Below are positions 47,513-61,271 of a stretch of DNA of 64,000 nucleotides, one piece after another (positions within the stretch are counted from its first letter, which is position 1; every line of letters begins with the position of its first letter). Position numbers and translations under genes: made by a program. Source of the stretch: Setoptus koraiensis. Lineage: Eukaryota > Animalia > Arthropoda. Below the pieces are notes generated by a model. The model was not told the origin of the DNA and searched no databases. It saw only the letters and a program-made list of their open reading frames with translations. Location: positions 20,956,001-21,020,000 of the forward strand of contig CM106586.1 in the NCBI GenBank assembly GCA_048013815.1, written 5' to 3'.

Positions 47513-47811
47513 CTGCGCGGGTTCATTCGCGGCGACACAATTCAGTTCGCGGCGACACATTCGGTTCGGGGCGACAAATTTCGGTTCGGGGAGGCGCAAT
47601 TCCGTTTGGGGGAGATACAATTCAGTTAGGGGAGAGACGGTTCGGAAGAGTGAAAGAATCGCATCGGGTTAGATATCTGGCTGGCAATACGAGCAATCGG
47701 ATCATGCGAGCGAGCGATGTCGAGTCGACATGTCGAGCCGATGTGTCGAGCCGATACGTCGACTCGATATGTCGAGCATGCGAATGAGAGTGACATGCTG
47801 GCGCTAGTTAC

Positions 47812-48017
47812 CTCTTGACGGACAAATCCAGGGGTATCTCCTGATTGGTGTGCAACTTCAGCGGCTCGGGCCTCTTGTCCTTGAAGCGGCCAGCGCTGGT
47901 GGTGCTGGTGGTGCTAGTGGTCGAGCTGGAGGTTGTTGCCGACGACGCGGCCACAGGGTCCGTGCTGGTCGTTTTGCTGGTGTCGTTGCTTGCCGCTGGC
48001 GAGCTTGCTGTGGCCAT
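47812..48017 (-). CDS. klu: klumpfuss, first coding exon with PLDLS CtBP-binding motif (total ~1869 aa)
   Basis: ATG in gccaaaATGG context with an in-frame stop just upstream. EIPLDLSVK at 47820-34. Phase-2 donor GTAACT at 47811 completes AG|C (Ser). Confidence 0.8.
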
Positions 48018-50734
48018 TTTGGCGCTTTCGGTTTATTCTGGTTTCTTGGTTCGTTTCGCTGACAATGCTGCCAGCCGACAATGCGGTGAAATGACAATGC
48101 TGACCAGTGTCACTATGTGCGCCAATGGAAACAGTTGCACGACATTGGTAGCGATTGTTGCGAATTTCGGTTTTGTGATTTCAGGTGAGCTGTTGTAGAC
48201 TAAGAGTTAACGGAGATAACGGTGCTGGCCAGTTGAAAACAGTGGCTGCAATGATAACAAATGTAACAATAACGCGCAATATAATAACGGTGGCCACGCT
48301 GAACTAGCTAGCTCAATATTGGCGGTAGCAATCATTTAATTTGTATTCGTATTTGTGTTTGTTTCAATAATTGGTACAATTACTCGATAATCGTACTCGT
48401 GATTATATTTAGAATTGTATTTATATTTGTAATAGTAACATGTGATGTATAATGTATAACGAGCCGGCGGAATATAACGGGCGATAGTAATAATAATCAT
48501 TTGCCACCAATAATAATAATCATTTGTTGTGGATACTAATAGCAATAATAATAGTAATAGCAATAATAATAATTATAATAACAGATAACGAATAGTATCA
48601 CAAATCTCATACAAATCTCACGGAGAAAACGAGAATTCGATAGCTGGCCGCGCTGGGCGCTGCTCGTGTCGGGGCCCCAAAACGCTAACGTGGCGAATCA
48701 CCTGGTATTTGGGTCATTGGGGCCTGTAATATTGTCCTGTCGCTGACGATTTCGAGGGCACAAACAAACAAAAGCATGTTGTTGTTGCCGTTGTTGTTGG
48801 TGTTGTCGTTGTTGGAGCTGCACACATTATCTATATATTTGGTGGCGTGAATTGGCGATGGATTCACGAAAATAACTGGTGGCATGAATTGACGAAATTG
48901 GTAATTACTAATTCTTTGTGTGCACTAACTGGCTAACTGGACTTGACACACACACACACACACAACCTTTGCTCGTCTGTGTGACTATGTGAAATAATTA
49001 CCGTTGCTTCAGTGGTCACTGGCGGAGAGCAAAGGCATACTGGCGCTGCTGCTTGTGCTGCTGGCGCCCCCAACGATGATGCTAGCTGCAGATAGTGGTG
49101 ACTTTAGTCAGATGTGAGGCCCGACTGGCGTCATCACATGCACAATGTTGTCAGATAAGACCAACTGAAATTGCGAGAGTGAGGCGCCCACTTCTGGCTG
49201 GAAAGCCCAGACTGTTTATGTACGCAACGGCAACTCTGGCACGCTTTTTCTGGCACTGGCAGCCGCTATAGGCACGTTACTAGCGTAACTAGCGCACTAG
49301 CGTAGCATGTTTGTTGACTGAACGCACCCAATACACGCCGAGCCGCCACTTTGGGGCGCCCACTGAGGCCCCGTCCAGCTCGCGGGGCGCCAACGGGGCC
49401 CCTGTGCACCATACACGCGCTTACAATGCGTTACACACTCATGATAAAAGCACGCGCGCGCTTGTGCTAGCTCGCGCTGGCTTGCGTCGGCTCGTGCTGG
49501 CCCGTGCGCCGCAACTAACGCCTAGCGGCGTTCGCGACCCACACAGGCCATCACAGCGGCGAGCCTCACACGGCAAGAGTGGGCCTCACACGGTACGAGA
49601 GAGAGCGCGAACGCCACTATGCGCGCCGCTATACGCGCCGCACACAATTTCGCGTTCGGCGGCGCTCGCTTCGAGCGCCGCCAGCTTAGCTGGGTGCCGT
49701 CAGCGGATGCAGCGGGCCGCCCGGCAGCGAGCTAACAAGCGAGCCGACGAGCGCCCCAACGAGCGCCCCAACGAGCGCGCCGACGAGCGGGCCAACGAGT
49801 TTCAGCATGACAGCGATAAGCTCGCTGTCTGGCCGCCGATAACGGCATTACTGGCGCGGCCGGGGCCCCTTTGGCCCCCGAGCCGAGCGTGTGTGTGTGT
49901 GTGCAGTGTACAGTCGGCTCGGGTTGTACGGGCGGAGATTGCGCAGACGGGCGGCCCTGGCCTCCAAAGTGCTGGCATAATTCGCCGAATCGCCGTCTGG
50001 GCGCCCCAGCAGAGACAGCGAGAGACAGCGCGAGCGATGCCAGCAGAGACAGCGACGCACGGGCCCCGTGCAATTGGCTCGCCGAAGGCCGCGCGACTGG
50101 CGGAATTTCGCTTTTGCCTCCGTCGGCTCGGCGCGCTTTGTTCGGGCGCAGCGCCAGCGACAACCGCTGACGGGAGCCCGAAAGGTGCCCAGACAGCGTT
50201 GCGGCAAGCGCGGCGGCGCCGGTTCGCCAGCCCATTGTTGACGGGCCGCGTCGTGATTGGGCGCCCCTCGCAAACGCAATTGTCTGGAGTTGAAAAATTT
50301 CGCGCCCGGTCGCCGCGAATCGGCCGCCAACCGGCTGCGAGTCGGCTGCGAACGAGCCGCCACGGGCCCGAACAGGCACGACTGGCCCATTGTGAGGTGC
50401 TCATTGAGAGCGCGGCCCGCTGTCGCTGTCGCTGTTGTTGTTTTTGGGGGGTTTTGCGGATTTTTGTTGCTGGCGCGGATTGTTGTTGCTGGCGCGGATG
50501 GTTGTTGCTGGTGCGGATTTTAGGTGCGGATTTGTGCACGGGGGCACAACACGGTGAAATTTTTACAATGGCTCGCGTCGGCGGCTGATAATAATCAAAG
50601 CGGCTCGCCGGCGGCCGTGTATTTGTTGCGATTGTGTCGACATTATCGCGCTCGACGGCCCGTGCCGATAAACACACGCACACAACATACAGATCAACTA
50701 TCTCTCCGGCGTGCTGTCGATCACGTAGTACGTG

Positions 50735-50767
<33 letters not shown>

Positions 50768-52100
50768 TAGTTTCGTCGGGTACACGTACTGGCGCACGGC
50801 GCGGGCTGCGGGCTGCACGTAGACACTGACAATGTTGCGGGGCCCAACGTCTGGCGTATATAACTCATAAGTATGCTCGCAGGCTGGCTGGCATCGTTTC
50901 CGCAACTGGATATTTGGCTGTGCGACGGCACGGCCACCGAATCGATAGAGCAGATAAATTGGGTGCATGGGGCCCGCTGCAATCAAGCTGCACGCCGATC
51001 AAGCGGCGCCCTTCACCTAGATCGGCCGGCAAGGACGAGCACACGGGCACACAGGCGAACACAAACACAATCGCGCCGCCAACAGTGTCAACAAATAGCG
51101 GCATGTGGGGCCCGAAGAGTGGGCCGGCCTCAGCGCCGGCGAGCAGTCAATCACGCTGCCGCCGCCGCGTCGCAGCCTGACGGTGCGCTGCCGCTGCCGC
51201 TTGGCGCCCCGCGATGCGTCACCGTGCGCCCTATTGGCCGCGTTCGATCGGCCTTTTCAAATGGCGTGTGCCCGTCAGCCGGGCGGCATTTTTCAGTTTT
51301 TTCCCTCGTCCGCTGCGCCCCGTGCCCGTGCCGCAGTCGGCTGTCGGCAAAAAATGGTTCTGCCGCTCAGCGGGCACCGCGGGCTCGTCGGCCCGTCGGC
51401 ACGGGCGCACTGTCATGGTCATGGTGGCACTGTGGCGGCCTTGCCGGCCAGTAATTGAGCCCAATTTGTTTTGCAAGATGGGCGACTTTTCATCGGAACG
51501 CAATTATGCCGTCGCTGGCAGTCTGAAAAGCGTTGCGTCGCCAGCAGCCGGCAGCCGAGCTGAAGGTCGGCGGGCCCGCTGACGGCGCCGCGCCGCGTGA
51601 AACCCGTTCCCAATAAGTGGCCCCATTTTGTGATTCGGTGCCATTGATCAAACAGCGTCGGCGGCGCCAGTGTCGCCCAAATGTCGAACTGCCGGAACGG
51701 GCCCCAATGAGCCGATATGGGCCCATGCGAGCCCCAATGAGCCGATATGAGCCCATAGGAGCCAGTGCGAGCCGAAATGAGCCAATGTGAGCCCAAATGA
51801 GCGCCCATCTGCGGCCTATTAGCCCGCTGGCTCGGCGTGATGGCAGCAGCAGCGCCAGCTTGCCATCATTCATCATTTTAAATGTTATGCTTCACATCTT
51901 TATGATCAATTTTGCATGCCAGCCCGATGACGAATAAACACAAAATATCGCGCCAGCCAGCCAGTCGCAAAAAATCAGCCAGCCAGATCAAATTCTGGCT
52001 GCTCCCAATGACAGCTCGAGCCATCAAATGGGCCCGCCAAACGCACATCCATGCAAATTGCCCAAAAGCGCTCCAAAAGCGCTCGCCAGTGTCGGTGGCA

Positions 52101-52104
<4 letters not shown>

Positions 52105-52170
<66 letters not shown>
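52105..52170. repeat. (GT)33 microsatellite upstream of klu
   Basis: Direct reading. Confidence 0.95.
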
Positions 52171-52175
<5 letters not shown>

Positions 52176-53912
52176 CGTGTGCGTGTAACAATGGCGGCGA
52201 TAAGCCCGCAGCGCTCAGATTGATCCGGCGCCACTGTTGTTGTTGTTGTTGTTGTCGTCATCTTTATCCACCTGGGGCGAAAAGGGGCCAGTATGTGGTG
52301 CGCGTGCCACTGGCCGTGTGCGTTTGTGTATCATGGCTGGCACGTCGGCCTTTCAAGGTCTTCTTTGGGGGGCCCCCGCGCACTCACGCTGGGCCACTTT
52401 GCATTGACTAAATTAGGCCTCATCTCTCGCCTGATTGGCTGGCTGGCCGTTTGGGGGCGCCAACAAGACGGGCGCCCATTTGGCGCCCATTTGAGGTCCG
52501 TGTTCGCGGACCCCAAACGATCCATAAATAGCAACTGCGCGCCGGCCCGCTAGTGCCACTAATGATTTATAGCTCGCTTTAGCGGCACTATATCTGGCGG
52601 CGCCACTATATTGGACCGGACCCGACTGGACCCGACCGGCTCAGCCGAGAGAACCGGCACCATTCACGCCAGGATAATCATATTGATTCGATAGTTATTG
52701 TTCTGGCCCGTTGGCGGCCGTTGTAACATTAAAGTTTACGCTGTTGGGGCCGCGATGGGCATTCGGATCCGATCAATCCGATTGGAGTGGCCACTCCGCC
52801 AGTGTACGGCTAGTTTTATTGGCTGTGCAACTGTGTGCAATCAACACATTAATGCCAACATGAATAGACCGGCCAGATTGCCCGATGAATGGACACATGA
52901 TGGCAAAGATTATAAACGGGCCAGCGGAGGTAATTATTTGTTGGGGCCCGCAGCCCAATCGACAGTTATATCTAGATACATACGTGCACATTAATGGAAT
53001 GATTAACTGGGTTAATAGCGGAACGATGATATATGCTGATGATATGCGAGATTAAGGAGGGCGCTACCTTGCGAGACCCGGCGAAACAGTCGGCGAGACT
53101 GTCTCTTTGTGGGCCTGTGTGTCTTTCGCGGCCAGAAAGAGGGAGACTCGCGTCGCAGCCATAAATAGGAATACTTGCGCGTCGCGGCCACTGCAACGGC
53201 TCGCCCCATATAGGGGCCCCTTTTGGCTCGCTGAACATGGCCGCCGGTGCCCCTCGCCGCCAGGGGACTGGCGGCTATAGGAATTTCGCCGGCCGGCCAG
53301 CCAGCCAGCAACGGTCATGGCTAGCCGATGGCGATGCATGCAAGCCAATAAAGGCCGCTCCACCTGCTCGGGCTACGTGATATTGATATTGAATGGTGTG
53401 TGTGTGTGTGTGTCTGGTTATTTTCAACTGAATGCGCTCTCTCTCTCTCATATATCCTCTAGCTCATATATCCCCTCGCTCATATATCCCCTCGCTCCCA
53501 TATCCTGTCGCTCCCATATACAAATGCTCATGTATCTCTGCATGTGCGAGCTTGCCCATGTCGCTGGCACATTATCGATGATGCAATGACGTTGACACTA
53601 ATGAGGAGGATGTCGCGCCTGTGTCAGTCCGCTAATTTGACATTATTCGTTTAGCGCCGGCAACGTGCAGGCCGGTGCACAATTGAATTTATGTGTCAAT
53701 ACCCATCACCGTGGCACACCTATAGCGACACTACACACTATAGTGACTATAGTCACGAGTGACCCGTTTCTCTTGAACTCTCTTCGAATGACGCGCTGCC
53801 CCTGATGATAATTAACAGGGCGCCAGCGAACGCAGTTACGCAACACTGACTTGATTTTAGCGGCGTTCGCTCGTTTAGCTATTGTGTTCACGAATGCCCA
53901 ATGGTGCTCGCC

Positions 53913-53929
53913 GACGACGACGACGACGA

Positions 53930-53978
<49 letters not shown>
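53913..53978. repeat. (GAC)~22 microsatellite
   Basis: Direct reading; one GAT interruption. Confidence 0.95.
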
Positions 53979-55527
53979 AGAGCCGCTAACAAGTGCCCGC
54001 CCAAAATAAATAAATATACCTATGATTTATACTCAATCTTACACAGTGTCTCGCACTAGTAACTACTGAGTAGTTGCGTCAATGTATCGCCCGGCAAGGT
54101 TGCCCAAGATTCGCCGAATCGGGCTCCGGCCAAGTCACAATTTATGCTTCGCAATGGGCGCAACGAGCTAACGTTGCTCTATGAGACGTCATGCGACAAG
54201 ATGACGTCAAAAATAAACCGGTAAGGGCGCCGTTTGCACGCACCCTCGGGTAGCCTTCTTGAAGTGCCCCCTGGCCGAACGAACCAACGAAACACTCACT
54301 TGAGCTGGCGACTGGGCCCGAATAAGATGGTAATTGGTGTAATGTACTAGCTCACTACACGATTTTCATGTAAAATAGAGCATACGTAAATAAATTATAA
54401 TAATACATGTACATGTACACTTATTTTCAACATGTACGCACTGCCAGCCGACGAGCACCACGAAAAGAATTACAAGCGAGGGGCCCCTGTCCGGCGAGAC
54501 CCGTGCGCGGCTCCTCGGCGATTCGCGCAACTCGCATCGCTGTCTCAATGTTGTTGTTGTAAGATATACATGTCACACTAGACACTGTCTGGCGTCGATT
54601 TCCATAAGCTGATCCCGTCAACAATATACATATAAATATATATATATATATAAACAAACAAACTTTGCCGTTGAAATTGCTAATTGGGGCCCCGAACGTC
54701 AGCAAAACGCCACACACCAACTGTCATCAGAATTGCCGTTTGGGCGTGTGCGCGGTCGCGGTCAGTGCCTCCGGGCGAAGGCGAGGGCGTGCCAGCGCCC
54801 GTCGGGTAACATGTGAGTTGCTGCATTGTCACACACATCGAGACACACACACAGACGCACATACAAACAGCAAATTTGTTTTGTTTGTTTGTTTGTCTGT
54901 TCGCTCGTTCGTTCAGTGCACAAACAATTACCTGGTGGTGCAAAGAAAAGAATAAAATACTAGCCGCCCGTTTCTGCCGCAACGACGTATGCATCATTTC
55001 GCTCGACAAGGCCTAACTAAACAGCTGCCGACGCATTGCCAACAGTTCGTCCCTAGAGTGCGGCGCGTTCAATTGTGCAAACACCATATCACTATGGCAG
55101 TATACTGAAATACACCGAGCGCCGCCTCGCGGTCAAAACAACGACCCGCAGAGAATCTTTTTCTGGCTTTTGTGCGAGCCACCGCCGATTCATGAATCAT
55201 GATAGTCCATGCGCAATGCGCACCGCTGATGAATATTACAACCAATCGGTACAGTATGGATACATTAAAATCAAAATTAAAAACAATCCCAAAATAACAT
55301 ATGAATGATTTATCATTGATACAATTATTATACAAATAGCACTTACTAAACACCATCTCGCCGGATCGAACGGACGTTGGCTATAACAAGCTCCATTGTA
55401 TTAGATGAGTCCATCTTGTATCAACTGAGAGCATTTTAGCGCGAGCTAGAGCTGGCATAACAGAGAGACAGCGAACTCATGAGATAGCTTCATCTATCAC
55501 AATATTGTTACAATTGTAGTGTCTAAT

Positions 55528-56766
55528 ATGTCGTCGTCGTCGTCGTCCACGGTCACAACATCAAATAACAGTCCAAATCAGAATGGGAACGTCAACGGAT
55601 TTCTAATAAAATTATGGAAATTACTTGAAAATAGCTGTGATAATACTATTGTCTGGTCCGATGATGGGCGCAGCTTCATTATATCGGATCCGCACGCCTT
55701 CTCCAACTCATTGTCGAAATATTTCAAGCATAGCAAATTGTCTAGCTTCATTCGACAACTAAATATGTATGGCTTCCGCAAGGTCACCTCAAATATTAAT
55801 TGGACAGCTGGTAGCGATATTAAAGTGGAGGATGATCTTCATTTTTATCATCCAAATTTCAGACGCGGAGAACAAAATCAATTGGCTCTCATAAGACGCA
55901 AGATGCCCAGTAAATTCTGCAACGGAGGAGCAAATAACAGCAACGGCTGTAATGGCACCAACGGCAATTGTAACGGCAACAACGCTTGCACCTCAAACAA
56001 TAATTATAGCAATTCCTTTAGTGGAACCTCATTTGGATTGGGGCCGGCGCATCATCATACGTGCCACGATCATTCAACGGCTACCAATGGCGTGCTGGAG
56101 AATGTCATGAATAGCATCAATAGTGATAATAATATTGGCGGAGCACAAACGTTCGATTTGAACGAGCTCAGAAACGCCCTAAATGAGGTGCGCATTTTGG
56201 ATGTCAGACAAACAGAGACCTCTAATTCTTTAGTCGAGCTTAAGCACGAAAACGAGACTCTTTGGACGGAGTTGTTAGATCTAAGAAGCAAATACAATGA
56301 ACAGAGAGATATTATAACTACATTGATAAAATTCATTGTCGACTCTATTCAATCGCGCTTTCCAGTTTCGAAAAATCGCAAAATATCTAATCTTATGATA
56401 GGTAATCAAGAAATTTGTGATCAGTTGCAGGCATCGATCGATATTAAAAACAAAAGCAACGGCAGCATCAACAACGGCACCAACAATAACATCAACAACA
56501 ACTATAGCGAAAACAGTGCAACAAGCAACCTCAACTCTAATGATACCACTAACCAGTCAGACACCAACAACATCCCAACCGCTTTGATAGTGCCCTTATC
56601 TACGGCCTCAACCAGCTCCTCAACAAGCAGTGAATCTACTAAAGATTTATCTAACTGGCTCACTGACCAATTAGACAGCGATGGCAAGACCTGCGGAGGA
56701 CTTGATTTCATGGAACTGTTCGCCGGAGACATACCCATAGAAGTTGATGAAGAGTTGGAACAATAA
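55528..56766 (+). CDS. Hsf: Heat shock transcription factor, intronless, 412 aa
   Basis: HSF DNA-binding domain FLIKLWKLL..IVWS.DG.SF..YFKH..SSFIRQLNMYGFRKV..FYHPNF.RG..LI.RK. HR-A/B heptads LKHENETLWTELLDLR.KY.EQ..II. ATG at 55528. Confidence 0.93.
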   Translation: MSSSSSSTVTTSNNSPNQNGNVNGFLIKLWKLLENSCDNTIVWSDDGRSFIISDPHAFSNSLSKYFKHSKLSSFIRQLNMYGFRKVTSNINWTAGSDIKVEDDLHFYHPNFRRGEQNQLALIRRKMPSKFCNGGANNSNGCNGTNGNCNGNNACTSNNNYSNSFSGTSFGLGPAHHHTCHDHSTATNGVLENVMNSINSDNNIGGAQTFDLNELRNALNEVRILDVRQTETSNSLVELKHENETLWTELLDLRSKYNEQRDIITTLIKFIVDSIQSRFPVSKNRKISNLMIGNQEICDQLQASIDIKNKSNGSINNGTNNNINNNYSENSATSNLNSNDTTNQSDTNNIPTALIVPLSTASTSSSTSSESTKDLSNWLTDQLDSDGKTCGGLDFMELFAGDIPIEVDEELEQ

Positions 56767-56903
56767 CAAAAAAAAAAACAGATTTCACACATGGATTTTC
56801 TCTTCTATGCTTTTCTTGTTCATATGTTTGTTTCAAGGCACCAATTAGTGATTCAGGAGATTCACTCATAATTTAATTATCATTGAGTCTAATTATTTTA
56901 TTT

Positions 56904-56978
56904 AATTGTAATTGATGTAGATGATTGCAATATACAGAATTGTAATTGATGTAGATGATTGCAATATACAGAATTGTA
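56904..56978. repeat. Perfect 34-bp tandem duplication (2.2 copies) in the Hsf 3' region
   Basis: AATTGTAATTGATGTAGATGATTGCAATATACAG twice, plus AATTGTA. Confidence 0.9.
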
Positions 56979-59315
56979 GTTGATCAGTTGTGCCAACTTG
57001 GTGATTTTTGTAAAATCAATCTGCACAGTTCGTACTAGACACAATCTGTACTCGATATGACTTCGAATATATATATCTATATACCTGTTCTACTACATCA
57101 ACGAACGAACGAACAAAAAATGGCCGCCTATCTGTGTCACGTATCTTAGCTATGTAATTATTAACATATTATCTTTTTGTGTAACCATCATTACAATAAT
57201 ACACTGTGTGACTGCTCCCCAACTGTGAAAATACATGACTTGTCAAGATGAGAGTGTTATCAACATTCTCTTCCATACAAAAAAGAATTTGATACTATCC
57301 CAAAGAGGCCTTCAGAGATGTTTGAGTGATTACGAGGGATCGGATTGTTATGACTTGTCAAGCGTTGTACATAAGATTAACAATGGACGCAACACTTTTG
57401 CCAACATAAACCTAAGCCTACTGCAAGGAGATGGGGGAATTTATTGAACTACTGTAATTACGGTCAGTTGCCTCAACTCCTTGGAGTAGTTTCACTGTTT
57501 ACACAATGATAGTGGCCAAGAATTGGTCAAGATTTCTGTCGATATTCCATTGTCATCACTGCTGTTGTAATTACTGTACTCTTTGCTGTCTACCCCCAAG
57601 AATGGTCAATCCCCGGTAAGACCTGCGACCAACAACAGAAGACAGTACATAAGGCATGTTTGTATGGGTCATGTAATGTGACTGTTGTTGTTTTTTGCCC
57701 AGATCTGATCAAGAGCAATCGGTCGTAGTGTTCAATAGTGCTGACAATTGTAAGTGTTTCAACAGGACTAGAAAGATATTTACTTGTCACTGGTGTTTGA
57801 GTTGTCTGTTGTTTACGATTAGCGATTCTCGATCTGGTGTGCAATTGTGCATTGGTGTGAGACCAGGGTAGTATAATAAAGAAACTATCTTGAAACTAGT
57901 CAACATAGGTTAGGCTGACAGAAGAGAAGTGAACAAGAAGTTCAGTATTGTAGTACTTGTCGACAGAGCTGGTTGTATTGACGGCAATGGCACAGGTAGA
58001 TGGGAGTGTACGCGTCTAAAGAACAGGGAAAATGGTTTTGTGTGTCTCAATACAAATGCTTCTAATACTAGTTTAGCTGAAAGAGAAAGTGGTGTCAAGT
58101 GTGTTCGTTGGCAAGACAACTTTCATGGGCTGTTTCTAATGGGCTGACTCACAGGCAACAATTGTTAGTATGTTTATGTGTGTGTGAGTATTATCGTGAT
58201 CGTACAATACGATATGATTTCTAGAAGTAACAGCCCAAACTGAAATAGTGAGGCAAGTAATAAAGTGTCCCAATCGCACATAAACTTGCCAATGTTGTAA
58301 TTAGGTTCCACAAGTGCAGCTACAAGTTGTTGCTGTTGATATTTGCACCACCAACAACTAGACTAGATATCACAAGTGCTGGCAAGATATAGCAAGGGGT
58401 GGGTGCTGAAACGTTTGCTTGCTGCGGCAAGCAAGATAGTGACAAATGAACGAATGATTATAGCATCGACATTAGTTGTTGAGAGAAGCTGATAAATGAT
58501 TACCGTGATACTGGCAAGTATTTGTAGTTGTTGTAATATTGAATTGCTGAATAATGAATATTCAATGTGTATTCGTTGTTGTGTACATGTAATATCGATC
58601 AGCAACTTGTTGTTGCTCGTGCCCGTCATATGTTGATGGTGGTTACAATTCAGGTGCACACATACCATTGACATACCAGTGAACTGTCGACTTGTTTAAA
58701 AACAGGAAAACGCTCACCAGAGAGCACGTATAATCGCGCACCCAACAAGACTGTAGTATCATCGTTATTATAAACATTATTATTATTATTATCGTTATTA
58801 TCATTATCACAATCACTCTATCAAGTTGATAGTATCAACAACAACAAAGACGAGCGGAGAAATACACACCAAACAACTTGTGATCACAGCCCACTAAAAG
58901 TGCCACCTGATGAATTGAATGCGTGCATGCGACAACAATTCCAGCCAGGATCGTATCGTCGAAACGGCAAGCTAACGTTAGTGTTTTTTATTTTATTTTA
59001 TCTCATCCGTCCGATTTGATATTTGGTTCATGTTAGACGGTGTTTCGTTCAGCCTAATTCCATAGCCGCCAAACAAACAAAAGGCCAGCGTCCCTTCGTC
59101 GTGTCGTCGTCGTGTCCGAGAAGACAGATGTTTTGCCTTCGTCGTACATTGCAAGCAAAATTATTAGCTCTTCGTCCGTGTAAAAAAAACCAATTACATC
59201 ATCACATATAGTGACTACTGTTTATACCTAGACCCACAAGACACCAGCATACCCGTCCACCCAAACAACAGTGAACTAACAATTGTGTGAGAAGCCAGCA
59301 TCACCATTAGCCGAC

Positions 59316-60851
59316 ATGGAGGCTCGCGATTCGCTTTATCTGACCGACGACGCCGGCGAGACGACCTTCAAATACGACGAAAAACTACCCTCGTTGCCCG
59401 TACCAAAATTAGAGCAAACCGTACTGAAGCTACTGGACACCATCAAACCTATCGGATGTGACAATCAATTTGAGCTGACCAAAAAGAGGGCTCAAGAGTT
59501 TCTTGAGGACGCCAATGTGTTGGAACTGCAACGATTGCTCGAGGACAAAGCCAAAACAAGCCGCAACTGGCTCGAGGAATGGTGGCTCGAATTTGCCTAT
59601 TTGCGCTCTAGGAAGCCATTGATACCCTACTCAAATATGGCGGCCCCGTTGCCAATATTGCAGCCATTCTGGCCGGTGCTCAATAGTACGTCCGATCAAT
59701 ATGAAACATGCCGAGCTGAGCGCTCGGCCCTGTCCATTTATTTTATTTTGTCATTTTGGCTCATGTTGCGCCAAGAGAAGATGCGCCCCATGATACACAA
59801 GGGCGTGCCCTGGTCAATGTCACAATTTCGTTACCTATTCAACACATGCCGATTGCCCTACGAATCAAAGGACGCCATCAAGAGCCACTTCAGGGTATCG
59901 TCCGAGGGTCGGCCCGTATCCGTGGAAATGATCGTATTGCACAAGGGTTACGTATTTGCGCTTAATCCGACGCTCACCGGCACCAGTGACCCAAAAACTA
60001 GTCAAGGCCACAGCGAGCCCGAACCGAAGCTGTTGACGCCGCCTATTCTGCAACTGCAATTGAGATACATAGAGGACTGGGCCAAATACAGGCCATACGG
60101 ACCGGGCGTCGGGGCACTCACCACACAGGACAGAGACGATTGGGCCGAGGCCTACAAATACCTGAGTGAACTGAGCGATAAAAACAGGCAAATATTGGAG
60201 CGAATCGAGAAAGCTCTGGCGGTGTTTGTATTGGACGACGAGGAGCCGGAAAATTCAAATCAAATAGCGAGATCTAGCATGTGCGGCAATCCGCTGAATC
60301 GTTGGGCCGACAAATCCCTATCTAGTATAGCTTTCAAGAATGGCACTTTCGGAGCTAATGCCGATCATACGCCCTACGATGGATTTTGTACAGGCATTAT
60401 GACACACTATTTGTTGACCTCCATAAAAGAATGCAACGGCACATGGACGGACGATATGCAGAGGCAGGCCGGCGCCAACGAAGACCAAATTCGGCTCGCC
60501 ACCATAGCCAGTAACATGCCTGAACTGCTAGACTTTAAACTAGATGACAAATTGAGCAAGATGATTCTGAGGGCCAAAAGCAGTTTTGAGGAGACATGCG
60601 GCACCATAGATTCGCTCCATTGCATATTCGATCATTACGGCAAAGATCTAGTGAAGCAACACAGATTCCATCCGGAGGCATTCGTTCAGTGCGCCATCCA
60701 TTTGACATATTACAGACTGCATAAAAAAGCAGCGCCGGCCTATGTGACGGCCAGCACCAGAAGATTTTATCGGGGCCGAACCGAAACTTGTCGCTCTTGC
60801 TATCCCGAAATGATTGAATTCGCGCAATCAATGCTCAATGATAAGATAGAC
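59316..60851 (+). CDS. CROT: Carnitine O-octanoyltransferase (choline/carnitine acyltransferase family), exon 1
   Basis: LPSLPVPKLE.T, NWLEEWW..AYL, NRWADKS, catalytic DHTPYDG, HPEAFVQCAIHL.YY, YVTASTR.FY.GRTET.R. Phase-0 donor GTGAGT at 60852. Confidence 0.92.
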
Positions 60852-60972
60852 GTGAGTAGACCTGGCATAGGTTTCTCTTTGCCAACAAATTGATTGACAG
60901 TTTGTATTGATGGCACAAATACTGATATCTGTTTTTTACCACTTTCGCCCATCTCTAATCACACCAATGTAG

Positions 60973-61150
60973 GCCAGAAAATCTTACGAAATGCTCAAGG
61001 TGTCGGTGTTGAAATTTCAAAAGTTAATGTCGGACGCCACAAACGGACAAGGTAGCGACAGGCATCTCATGGGTCTATATCTCACTGCAATGCTCGAGGG
61101 CAGAGAAATTCCGGCATTGTTTGACGATGAACTTGTGCGCCAGATCAACA
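60973..61150 (+). CDS. CROT: CROT exon 2
   Basis: ARKSYEMLK..NGQGSDRHLMGL carries the family G.DRHL.GL motif. Acceptor tgtAG at 60971-72; phase-1 donor GTAAGT at 61151. Confidence 0.9.
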
Positions 61151-61271
61151 GTAAGTTGTTTTAGCCTTTACACCTCGGAGCTATTTTGATGGACGGTTTG
61201 CAACTGATCTCATTATCAACACCACTAACATTATATCGTATCGTAATCACCTTTCCATCCATTTTCATCAG

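Noticed and set aside
49311-50986. Long overlapping ORFs (425 aa +, 394 aa -, 215 aa -) upstream of klu
   Set aside because: R/A/P/G-rich translations typical of GC-rich DNA, passing through microsatellites, open in several frames, with no domain motifs.
57235-58147. Short ORFs between Hsf and CROT as a gene or retroelement remnant
   Set aside because: I found no coherent frame, splice chain or gag/pol motifs.
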